Positions 22,076 through 31,946 of a stretch of 64,000 nucleotides of DNA are shown piece after piece; the stretch's first letter is position 1, and every line of letters begins with the position of its first letter. The stretch comes from Candidatus Delongbacteria bacterium (GTDB lineage Bacteria; CAIWAD01). Made by a program: the position numbers and the translations under genes. The stretch covers positions 3,657,867-3,721,866 of the forward strand of contig OY760505.1 in NCBI GenBank assembly GCA_963663545.1. Direction: 5' to 3'. The notes beneath the pieces are model-generated. The model was given only the letters and a program-made list of their open reading frames with translations, had not been told where the DNA came from and made no database searches.

Positions 22076-22796
22076 TTACACGGGGAAAGCGTTGCGTCTT
22101 ATGGAAACGTGTTCCCCCCAAGCATATATCTTGCGGTTGTGGTAATAGGAAAGGCGCTCGCCTAATTTTTCTAGGAGGCCCTGAACAAAAGCAATGCTGC
22201 CGGTGATAATTCCGGCAGAAATCGCTGGATCTTTTTTGTAGCCCCTGTTTGGCAATGTGGTCAGCGATCATTTCTCGGTAGGTCTGTTGCCGTTGTTGGG
22301 GAGTCTGGCCTAGATCTAAATACATCTTATGGAAATCTAGAACCTGATCTTCATGGCCGTAAGCATGGGCATTATAGCTGCTCCAGCGCCATTTTTCCGG
22401 GCTGTCTACTGCTTTGTTGCGCAGCATGTTTAGCTCGATGTAGGCTACGGTCTTGAAAAACTGAGAGCTGGTCTCGATCACGGTGCTGAAAAAACGCTCA
22501 CCCCAAAAGTGACCGGTTCGGCCGTGTCTTTTGTTGTAAGCTTTGGCGAAGTTTCCGTTGAGGTGGCGCATAAAATCGGACAGGTTGTCTTTATCGGGGG
22601 TGGCAACCAGCAAATGTACGTGGTTGTGCGTTAAACAGTAAGCATAAATTTTTACGGGATATTTATTTTTCGCCTCTAATAGGATTCTCAGGTATAGGGC
22701 AAAATCATCATTGCCCTTGAATCCATACTCGCGGTTATTGCAACGAATAACTACATGGTAAACTCCGCCGGCGAAGCTTATTCTTGGGGGTCTCAT
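22076..22796 (-). CDS. REP-associated tyrosine transposase (RAYT, HUH/Y1) 1; one extra A in a homopolymer near 22232
   Basis: YHVVIRCNNR, YCLTHNHVHLL, GHFWGERF, YIELN, WRWSSY; removing one A gives 720 nt, the same length as the paralog. Confidence 0.9.
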
Positions 22797-22949
22797 AATA
22801 ATGGAATCTCACTAATAAGGTAATGGAATTAATGGAATAATTTCTTATTATAACCGACGGTTGGTCAACATAGCGATTTGGCTGGGCAAAAATGGCTATT
22901 TTTTTTCGCATTTTGCAAAATTTTTTTCTAAGTGTTTTGAAATGAGGAT

Positions 22950-22965
22950 GATGCCTGGCACCATT
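22950..22965 (-). repeat. Single REP-like unit upstream of RAYT 1
   Basis: GATGCCTGGCACCATT. Confidence 0.8.
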
Positions 22966-23254
22966 TAATCCACACCATTTAATCCACATCATAGATCCAC
23001 AATGGCAATCAAAAATGGCAAGTGTTGTCTTTGACTGTACCTGGTTAGATATTGCTCCCGATACTGTTTCAGAGATTCAGGCTTATTCGTTAATCAGGCT
23101 GGTTCCCTGGGAGAATTGGCCGGAAGCGATGGTGCAGATTAGCTAACGCAAATTTCCACCAGGGGCTTGACCACCGTTATTTGGGGGAGAACGGCTTTTG
23201 CCTTGATTCAGCGGATTAAGCTTAGTTCTCCTTTTTATTTGGTCAGGAGAGAAT

Positions 23255-24087
23255 ATGAACGAACTCGCATTGGTTGAAAGCTATTCCTTGCGACAGGCGT
23301 TTTGCACTGACGGCAATACTGCCGTTTTGGATAAACTTGGAACTCTGATTTTTCTTGAGGATACTGAATTTACTACTCTCAAGAACGTGGCAGCGTTTTA
23401 CATGGTTCCCGAACAGGCAATCAAAAGTCTGGTCTTCGACCATAAAGACGAATTGCTGTCCGACGGATACAAGGTTATGTCCAAGAGTGAGTTGGAAAAG
23501 TTCCTTAAAGGAACTTTAGAAATACCCAACAGAGGATTGGCCATTTTTCCGAGGCGGGCCGTCCTAAGAATTGGATGTCTCTTGCGAGATTCAGCAGTGG
23601 CAAAGCTGGTTCTTATTTGCTCAACGCCGAGGAACGCCTTGGAATGTCGCCCTATGACCAGCAAACTTTGCAGCATTTAGTCAGCCAACTCGACCAACAC
23701 GCTGCCCAGCTCATAGAAAATGCTGACGAGTTGAAAAGCCACGCAGAGCAGTTGCGATCACAGACCAGGATGATAAAGGTGATTGTGGATGAGATTTACC
23801 ACAACCGCAGCCTCATTGATAATGTCGAAACCGATGTCAAGCAGAATAGGGAGCGGATTGTTGCCCTGGAAAGGCTCTCAGAGCTGCAAACTCGGGAGCC
23901 GGAAGTCAAGTACATCACACAGGAGCAAATCAACATCCTCAAGCAGAGGGTCAAGGAGAAGGGCAACCCGGCTACGGTTTGGGCCAAGCTGCGATTGCAT
24001 TTCGATGTCACTCGATACATCTTCCTGCCGAGAAGCCGGTTTCGGGAGGTCTTAGACTGGCTGGAAAATTACCAACTGGAGGACTAG
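23255..24087 (+). CDS. Antirepressor-like protein (N-terminal DNA-binding domain, coiled coil, ORF6C-like C-terminus); frameshift near 23605
   Basis: GLAIFPRRAVLRIGCLLRDSAVAK, then SYLLNAE; C-terminal VWAKLRLHFDVTRYIFLPRSRFREVLDWLENY. Confidence 0.7.
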
Positions 24088-24101
24088 TATACAATCCCGA
24101 T

Positions 24102-24150
24102 AAGCAATGGTGCCAGGCATCGAAGAATGGTGCCAGGCATCGAAGCAATG
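24102..24150 (+). repeat. 21-bp REP-like array, 2 units
   Basis: AAGCAATGGTGCCAGGCATCG units, one with a 1-nt deletion. Confidence 0.9.
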
Positions 24151-24514
24151 ATCGGCGAAACGGAGAAAAACACTACGCGGAACAGCAGTCCAATTTTAAA
24201 AGCCGGCATCGTTGATATCTTGCTTTTGCCATTGAGATGTAATATTAAAAAATAACCATAAGATAATTCAGATAACGCATTGCGTCATCTGCAATCCCGG
24301 GCCTTCAAAAAGAAAATTCCTATGCCATTAAAATAATTTTTTTGTCAGAAAACCCATCTTGTTGCCAATAAACCTGTGCCCGATCGATAACATGCGCAAA
24401 ATCGTAACTTTCATTGTGGCAGTCAATAAAAAGATGCCAACAATGATCGGCAATACGCAGCCTTGTCAAATAATTAGAAAACTTCCTACATTTAATTTTG
24501 CGGAAAGGAAAACC

Positions 24515-25048
24515 ATGAAAACAATCGCAATATTCATTCTGGCGTTGTTTTTCTTGTTGGCCTCCGAGATGGTAGCGCAAGAGACAGCTTTGAACCTGGA
24601 CGCCGAGATTCAGAAGATGGACACGGATATCAAGAAACAAGAAAAGCTGGTCACGGATCAAGCAGCTGCGGAAGCGCCGAAGCCCGGCAGTCAAATTCAG
24701 CCAGAATCCATCGAATTGAAAATGCTCCGTCAGCAGTTACAGATTCTGCAAATGCAGAAAGGGATGCTGATGCATGAAAAAAAACTGCAAAAACTATCTG
24801 AAAAGATGCAACTATCCCAAACCAGATCTGGCCATATCCAAAACGACCTGATGGCTGTTTGCCCGATCGGTACAATCGTAATTTCTGTAGTGAATTTCAG
24901 TCAATTCTCTGCCAACAGCAAATTCGATCCAAAGACCAGTAAGTGGGCGCCTGCTGATGGACGATTGGTGGCCGGATCAAAGTTCCAGGAATTATACGGC
25001 GATCACCTTCCCGACCTGCGTGGCCAGTTCATAGTGGGTTTCAATCCT
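24515..25048 (+). pseudogene. Tail-collar family paralog 3, truncated by a REP-like array
   Basis: Signal peptide, coiled coil, PIGTIV...WAPADG...LPDLRGQFIVGFNP, then repeat sequence. Confidence 0.8.
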
Positions 25049-25224
25049 CGATGCCTGGCACCAATGCTCTGACGCCTGGCACCAATGCTCTGACGCCTGG
25101 CACCAATGATCATCATTGTAGCTTCCAATGCTCTGACGCCTGGCACCAATGATCATCATTGTAAGCTTTTTTTTGCCCCGATGCCTGGCACCAATGCTCT
25201 GCTCTGATGCCTGGCACCAATGCT
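25049..25224 (-). repeat. REP-like array, variant GACGCCTGGCACCAATGCTCT, with inserted non-repeat pieces
   Basis: About 6 cores upstream of RAYT 2. Confidence 0.9.
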
Positions 25225-25483
25225 TACGGTCGCTTATTTTTATTGAAGGAAAACACCGTCTCACCCGGTTTCCAAATCGGGAAATAACGAACTATACATC
25301 GACCATCCCGATGATTTTGCTACTGATTTCGGCTTACCTAATCCCAATTGATGGCCTAAGTCCTGTTCTCTAAGCTTGTAGCGAGATTTATCTGGCGCTG
25401 ATGGTTATTTTGTCCATTCACTCCTTATAATGGTGAAAAATTATTGCTCAACTTGGTCAGTAGATCATTATAAGGAGATTATC

Positions 25484-26203
25484 ATGCGTCCGCCAAGAAT
25501 CAGTTACGCCGGTGGTGTCTACCATGTGACTATCCGCTGCAATAATCGCGAATTCAACTTTAAAGGCGATGACGATTTTGCTTTGTACATTCGGGTGCTC
25601 TTAGAAGCAAAGGCCAAATACGATGTCAAGATCTACGCGTACTGTCTGACCAACAACCATATACATCTGCTAGTCGCCACCCCAGAAAAAGACAATCTTT
25701 CAAAGTTCATGGAGTATCTGAGCGGAAACTTCGCCAAAGCCTACAACAAAAAACATGGTCGCTCCGGTCATTTTTGGGGCGAGCGTTTTTTCAGCACCGT
25801 GATCGAGACCAGCTCTCAGTTTTTCAATACCGTAGCTTACATCGAGTTGAACATGCTACGCAATAGAGCGGTAGACCGCCCGGAGAAATGGCGATGGAGC
25901 AGTTATCGCGCTCATGCTTACGGACACGATGATCCTGTTGTCGATTTCCATCCGATGTATCTCGACATCGACCAAACTCCCCAAGAGCGCCAGCAAGCTT
26001 ATCGGGATATGGTTGACAAACGCATTGCCGAGTTAGGCTTGCAAAAAGATCCGGCGATCTCTGCCGGCATTATTACCGGTAGCATTGCTTTTGTCCAGGG
26101 CCTCGTTGAAAAACTCGGCGAGAGAATCCCCTATTATCACGACCGCAAGGTCTACTCCTGGGGCAGCCACGCTTGCCTTAAACGCAATCAATTCCCTGTG
26201 TGA
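25484..26203 (+). CDS. REP-associated tyrosine transposase (RAYT) 2
   Basis: AAGGAG RBS; NHIH HUH motif, YIELN, WRWSSY; close paralog of RAYT 1. Confidence 0.9.
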   Translation: MRPPRISYAGGVYHVTIRCNNREFNFKGDDDFALYIRVLLEAKAKYDVKIYAYCLTNNHIHLLVATPEKDNLSKFMEYLSGNFAKAYNKKHGRSGHFWGERFFSTVIETSSQFFNTVAYIELNMLRNRAVDRPEKWRWSSYRAHAYGHDDPVVDFHPMYLDIDQTPQERQQAYRDMVDKRIAELGLQKDPAISAGIITGSIAFVQGLVEKLGERIPYYHDRKVYSWGSHACLKRNQFPV

Positions 26204-26668
26204 TGCATTTGTCTCATTAGATTAGCCGCTACTGCCTGTTTTTACTTCATCACAGAGATAGTCTGTCTGCATTTCGCCATTTTTCCTGATTTTGGGCTGT
26301 TTTTGGCCTTGATCTCGAATCTCATCCCTATTTTTTCGAAATTTTATCTGCGTTTTCCCCATAAAATTTTTTTTGTGGTGGCCTTCGATCATTTGACCAG
26401 TTCATTTTGTCGATCATCATCTCCGGTTTTTTCTTCTGTTCGGCTCAATCGCTTATTTTGTAGACTTCTCCGGGTGGCTGGCACGAGTATTATTCTTTGG
26501 TAAACTATCGCCAGGCCGGGGTAGCTAACCGCTTCTGGCCTTGTAATTTCGCTAAGAATATGCTCTAATATAAGGTACGGATTGTTTTGGACCGCAGCGG
26601 TTTGGATATTGAACCGGCCATAAATGCGCCTTGCTAATCATCAAACATGAAAGAGAGATATAGCGATA

Positions 26669-28000
26669 ATGGATTCGGCACTACACAGTACAATTGTCGG
26701 CTTTATTTGGGGAATTGCGGACGACGTGCTTCGTGACGTATATGTCCGCGGGAAATATCGCGACGTCATCCTGCCGATGACGGTGCTGCGGCGGCTGGAC
26801 GCGGTGCTTGAACCGACCAAACGAGCGGTTATGGAAATGAAAGCATCGCTGGATAAAGGCGGCGTTACCAATCAAGACGCGGCGCTTCGCCATGCTGCCG
26901 GTCAGGCGTTCTACAACACCTCGCCCTATACTTTGCGAGATTTGCGGGCGCGGGCCAATCAGCACCAACTGCGGGCCGATTTCGAAGCGTATCTCGACGG
27001 GTTTTCGCCCAACGTGCAGCAGATCCTCGACAATTTCGAGTTTCGCCATCAGATTCCCCGGTTAGCGAAGGCCGATGCGCTGGGCACGCTTATCGAGAAG
27101 TTCCTCGATGCCGCGATCAACCTCGGCCCGCAGCCGGTGCTCAACGGCGATGGCTCGATCAAATTGGCGGGGCTGGATAACCATTCGATGGGCACGATTT
27201 TTGAGGAACTGGTGCGGCGGTTCAATGAAGAGAATAACGAAGAAGCCGGCGAACACTGGACGCCCCGCGATGCCGTCAAGTTGATGGCCAATCTGATCTT
27301 TTTGCCGATTGCCGAGCACATCGAATCCGGGACCTATCTGCTCTATGATGGAGCGTGCGGGACCGGCGGCATGTTGACGGTGGCCGAAGAGACGCTCCAT
27401 GGGTTGGCGAAAAAACACGGCAAGCAAGTCTCCACTCACCTCTATGGCCAGGAAATCAACGCCGAGACCTATGCGATATGTAAAGCCGATCTGCTGCTCA
27501 AGGGGGAAGGCGAGGCCGCGGACAACATCATCGGCGGGCCGGAGTACTCGACCCTGGCCAATGACGCCTTTCGCCGCAGCACGTTCGATTTCATGCTCTC
27601 CAACCCGCCTTATGGTAAGAGCTGGAAAAACGACCTGGAACGGATGGGCGGGAAGACCGGACTGAAAGACCCGCGCTTTTTGATCAAACACGCCGGCGAC
27701 CCGGAGTACTCGCTGGTCACCCGCTCCAATGACGGGCAGATGCTGTTTTTGGCGAATATGTTGAGCAAGATGAAAGACAACACACCGCTCGGCAGTCGCA
27801 TTGCCGAGGTCCACAACGGTTCGTCGCTGTTCACCGGCGACGCCGGCCAGGGCGAGAGCAATATCCGGCGGTGGATCATCGAAAACGACTGGCTGGAAGC
27901 GATTGTCGCGCTGCCGCTCAATATGTTCTACAACACCACGATAAAGTTGAAGAATCAATCTGTCGGCGATTACTCTGGAAATTATTTTGATCGGAGCTAA
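26669..28000 (+). pseudogene. hsdM: Type I restriction-modification M subunit, truncated after LPLNMFYNT
   Basis: GEHWTPR, YDGACGTGGML, YGQEIN, NPPY; expected C-terminal part, hsdS and hsdR are absent. Confidence 0.85.
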
Positions 28001-28002
28001 AA

Positions 28003-28452
28003 ATGGAAACGGCTAGAGCTATTCAAGGAAAGTGTCTTTGCGGAGCGGTGACGTTCGAGATCATCCCACCGACTGACTTTTGCGCACATTGCCATTGCCA
28101 ATCCTGCCGCCTATCGCACGGCGCGGCATTTGTCACCTGGACTTCAGTTCCTCGCCGACAATTTCGTTATATTCAAGGCGAGGACTGTATCACCTGGTAC
28201 CTTTCTTCGCAATACGTCCGGTGGGGATTTTGTAAAATTTGTGGAAGTCACATGCTCTATCAAGCGATAAAAGAAGGGCATCCTGAATGTCCGAAAACGG
28301 ATCGCATTTATATTTCAGTGGGAAATCTCATCGATGCGATGGATCAGGTTCCCCAGGCCCATGTGAGTTATGAGGAAAGGCTACATTGGATGAAGACGCA
28401 CGATAATTTACCAAAATATCGCGGCAAGACCAAAGAAACTGTTGCCGATTAA
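28003..28452 (+). CDS. GFA/CENP-V family Zn-binding protein
   Basis: GKCLCGAV, HCHCQSCR, FCKICGS. Confidence 0.9.
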   Translation: METARAIQGKCLCGAVTFEIIPPTDFCAHCHCQSCRLSHGAAFVTWTSVPRRQFRYIQGEDCITWYLSSQYVRWGFCKICGSHMLYQAIKEGHPECPKTDRIYISVGNLIDAMDQVPQAHVSYEERLHWMKTHDNLPKYRGKTKETVAD

Positions 28453-28468
28453 GGAATCAGGAGGCCCC

Positions 28469-29467
28469 ATGAAATTATTGCTTATCGGCGGAACGACGTT
28501 TCTCGGTAGACACGTCGTTCAATATGCGCAAGAAAAATCCTGGGAAGTGACCATGTTCAATCGGGGACGCACCAATCCGGAGCTTTTCCCCGAAGTGGAA
28601 AAAATACGCGGCGACCGTGACCGTGATATCCACCTTTTGAAGGGAAGAAACTGGGATGCGGTCATCGACACCTGCGGGTATTTCCCGCAGCAGGTCGAAA
28701 AATCGGCGAGAGCACTCGTTGACCATGTCGGGCAATACATCTTCGTGTCGAGTGCATCAGTCTACTCAGACCTTTCCCCAAGCAAAATAAATGAGGACAC
28801 CGCAACCGCGCACTTGGATGTCGGACAAAACCCCAATGATAACACTCCGGAAACCTACGGTGCCCGCAAAGCTCTTGGTGAAAGAGAGGTACTGGCTGTT
28901 TTTCAAGAGCGCGGGGTCATCGTCAGACCCGGTCTGATCGTCGGGCCCTACGATCCTTCGGGAAGGTTCACCTATTGGGTCGAGAGATTTTTAGCGGATG
29001 GCAAAGTTTTGGTTCCGGCGGTGCCGGATGCTCCCGTGCAAATCATAGATGCCAGGGATTTGGCCGAGTGGCTGGTAAAACTCGCCGCTAACCAGATGAC
29101 GGGAATTTTCAACGCCGTCGGGCCAAAGGAACCACTTCGCTTTGCGGAAGTCATTGATAAATGCGCTGAAGTGACAAACTCGAACAACGAAATCGTGGGG
29201 GTAGCCGAGGAGTTTTTGCTCGCCAACGGCGTGTGCCCGTGGATGCAAATTCCGCTATGGCTTCCCCGGGAATTATGGGGAATGTGCCGACTCGATATCC
29301 GAAAGGCGATCTCGTGCGGGTTAGAATTCATGCCGCTCAGGACTACCATTGCGGACACGATGAACTGGATCAGCAAAGACAATCCAGTTGCTCGCCCCTC
29401 TCCTCCTGGAGTAGGACTCACCCGGCAAAGAGAAAAAGAGCTGCTGGAAAAATTGAGCGAGCGGTGA
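28469..29467 (+). CDS. NAD-dependent epimerase/dehydratase (isoflavone reductase-like SDR)
   Basis: GGTTFLG, FNRGRT, YGARK, VRPGLIVGP. Confidence 0.85.
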   Translation: MKLLLIGGTTFLGRHVVQYAQEKSWEVTMFNRGRTNPELFPEVEKIRGDRDRDIHLLKGRNWDAVIDTCGYFPQQVEKSARALVDHVGQYIFVSSASVYSDLSPSKINEDTATAHLDVGQNPNDNTPETYGARKALGEREVLAVFQERGVIVRPGLIVGPYDPSGRFTYWVERFLADGKVLVPAVPDAPVQIIDARDLAEWLVKLAANQMTGIFNAVGPKEPLRFAEVIDKCAEVTNSNNEIVGVAEEFLLANGVCPWMQIPLWLPRELWGMCRLDIRKAISCGLEFMPLRTTIADTMNWISKDNPVARPSPPGVGLTRQREKELLEKLSER

Positions 29468-29546
29468 AAAGAGGCGTTATGCTGAATTTGGAAATAGCGA
29501 AGATTGTCGAAGGATGCACTACCGAATCAAATGTTTTTTTATAATT

Positions 29547-30722
29547 TTATCGCCGGGCATTTGGACGATATTTCACCTTAAACTTGCGAACTTTTCCTCG
29601 CTCTCCGCAGGCAAGCTCTATCGTCTCCGGACGCCCCTTTTCTTGCAGCCATTTGAGGATGTGCGGAATCACATTATCCGAATACTTGACGACCGTAGTG
29701 CTGGATACACCGCTGCTCACCGGAAATTTTCGGCAGTACTGCTCCTGATCCAACCCGAGATGGCGAATCAGAGCTGCGACCAGCCTTGAATGCGGTTTAT
29801 CATTGATGCTGTACACTCCTATTTTGACCGCCAGTTCCTGAGCGTCATGGTAAAGCGATTCGCTTTCCAATAATGCTTTTTCGGGCAGGAGAACATCGTG
29901 CGCCTGACAAAGTTCGCGGGTGTACTTCCTTCTCTCCGTTGGCGAAAGGTCATACATGGCAGACATTTGATCCACGAGTCTTTGTATTTTTTCGTATCCT
30001 GAAAACATGTCGTGCGGGAGCATTTCCGCCAGGAAGGCGTCAATGTTATCAAACCCACGCATAACGTACTGCTGGAACTGTTCTTGTTTGGCAATTACCT
30101 GGATAACGTACTGCTGGAACTGCTCTTGCTTGGCAATTACCTGGATAACGTACTGCTGGAACTGTTCTTGTTGTCGGCGCTGTTGCAGCGATTGATGGAT
30201 AAATTGCTCGATGGTTTGTTGCAAAGATTGCTGTTGTCTGACCATTTCCTGAAGTTGTGCCGATATGTTGGCTGCCGGTAGCCATTCTGACTGCTCTGTC
30301 CGATAAGTAGCTTCAAATTTTCCTGTACGAAGGATTGATGGTAAAATATCGCCAGTGATCCAGCGACGAAAAACCAAAGCTTCTGGTTTTCGTGAGAGGA
30401 TAGCGACTGTATACAAACCGGATTCCGTAAGTACGATCAGAGAAGGAGAATGTTTGAACGATTCATGAACTCGTCCCGTTTAACGGGACGAGTTCAGTAA
30501 CTCTTTGAGACAATCGAGGTTATCGCCACGTAAGATCAAATATTCGATGTTTTCGGCAAAACTCTCACTGTCACTCAAACGTTTTGCCAAGTCTTCATAC
30601 CCCAGTTGCTCTTCCAGTTCTTGCGGTAGAAAGATAAAACCGACGCCCTGCATCTCAATAGGTGTAACCTTAAAACCCATATCATTGGTGTAAGTACCTG
30701 TTACTTGAAACATCTCAAGCAT
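29547..30722 (-). pseudogene. Bro-N-like antirepressor with an in-frame TAA at 30480-30482 and a 14-aa coiled-coil repeat
   Basis: ORFs 30480-30722 and 29547-30416 are in one frame: LLNSSR*TGRVHES...LIVLTESGLY...SRKPEALVFRRWIT..ILPSILRTG. Confidence 0.8.
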
Positions 30723-31117
30723 CTGTATTCCGGTTGATTGATTCCAGGAAGGACTTCAACGCTTACCCATTCGCGAAAGCCATGGATCTCGGGTTTACGG
30801 GACAATGCCAGGAGGTTTCGCAGCCCGGATTCGGTGAGAACAATAAAGGCTGGGCAATGTTTTAGCTCCATAACTGACGCAATACTATTGCGTGTGTTTA
30901 GCAAATTTTTCAATTCCGAAAGATTGGAGTCCTTCAACACGATATATTCAGCCCCTTCGATAAATGACTCACTTTGTCTTACAGTGTTGGCCAAATTTCC
31001 ATACCCTAGCTGTTCTTCCAGCTCCTTGGGCAGAAAAATCAATCCCACACCTTCCATTTTTATGGGGGTGAGGTGGAACCCGATTTCATTGGTGTAAGTT
31101 TTGATTAGTTCAAACAT
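30701..31117 (-). CDS. Stand-alone Bro-N-like protein; a third decayed copy lies at about 31155-31225
   Basis: IVLTESGL...SRKPEIHGFREWVSVEVLP; paralog of the adjacent gene. Confidence 0.75.
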   Translation of the reverse strand: MFELIKTYTNEIGFHLTPIKMEGVGLIFLPKELEEQLGYGNLANTVRQSESFIEGAEYIVLKDSNLSELKNLLNTRNSIASVMELKHCPAFIVLTESGLRNLLALSRKPEIHGFREWVSVEVLPGINQPEYRCLRCFK

Positions 31118-31134
31118 GTGCTGCCTCATAAAAG

Positions 31135-31313
31135 TTATCCACAATATTTGTTTATTGCCAAATTTTCGTATTCTAGCTGTTTTTCCAGCTCCTTGGATAG
31201 AAAAATTGGTCCCACGCCCTCCATCGAATGTACGGTGACCGAGTTATCCACAATTTTGCAAGAACATCTTCGATTACCAAAATTTTTCTTCATTACTGCC
31301 TGAGTTATCCACA
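31135..31313. promoter_or_regulatory. Three perfect DnaA-box consensus sequences
   Basis: TTATCCACA at 31135, 31244 and 31305, each inside AGTTATCCACAA. Confidence 0.55.
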
Positions 31314-31475
31314 AAACGTCATCTGCTCCCGGCTGAAATTGACCGGTGATGGGGGGGGGTGCCGTGACTTCGATGGTTCAGGAAAATATCGGGCAAAACC
31401 CCATTTTACTTACTTTTTATCGTTTTTGAAAGCTTCCGTTTTCAGGAATTTCATGTATTCGTCGGTAAGTTTTTT

Positions 31476-31568
31476 CAATGCTCCGACGCCTGGCACCAAT
31501 GATCCAATGATAATGCCTGCTCCGATGACACCAATGCTCCGACGCCTGGCACCAATGATGCCTGCTCC
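31476..31568 (-). repeat. Degenerate REP-like array
   Basis: CAATGCTCCGACGCCTGGCACCAATG units and fragments. Confidence 0.8.
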
Positions 31569-31672
31569 AGATTAAAAAGATTGCAGTACCTGGAGTTTCT
31601 TTTATAATTTATGATCGAAATCAAAAGTTGTTGGAGGAAATTGACAACTACCTGCTATAGCTGTTAGCCAGT

Positions 31673-31946
31673 CATTGCTTCGATGCCTGGCACCATTGCT
31701 CCGATGCCTGGCACCATTGCTCCGATGCCTGGCACCATTGCTGCACCATTGCTCAATGCTCCTCTGATGCCAGGCACCATTGCTCCACCATTGCCCGACC
31801 GCTTTTTGCACCATTGCTCCGATGCCTGGCACCATTGCTCCGATGCCTGGCACCATTGCTCCGATGCCTGGCACCATTGCTGCACCATTGCTCAATGCTC
31901 CTCTGATGCCAGGCACCATTGCTCCACCATTGCCCGACCGCTTTTT
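31673..31946 (-). repeat. REP-like array with a higher-order 139-bp duplication
   Basis: (CCGATGCCTGGCACCATTGCT)n blocks plus a compound tail, present twice. Confidence 0.9.

Noticed and set aside
16933..31117. Intact prophage or tailocin
   Set aside because: Collar and antirepressor genes are present, but no capsid, terminase, sheath, baseplate, integrase or lysis genes.
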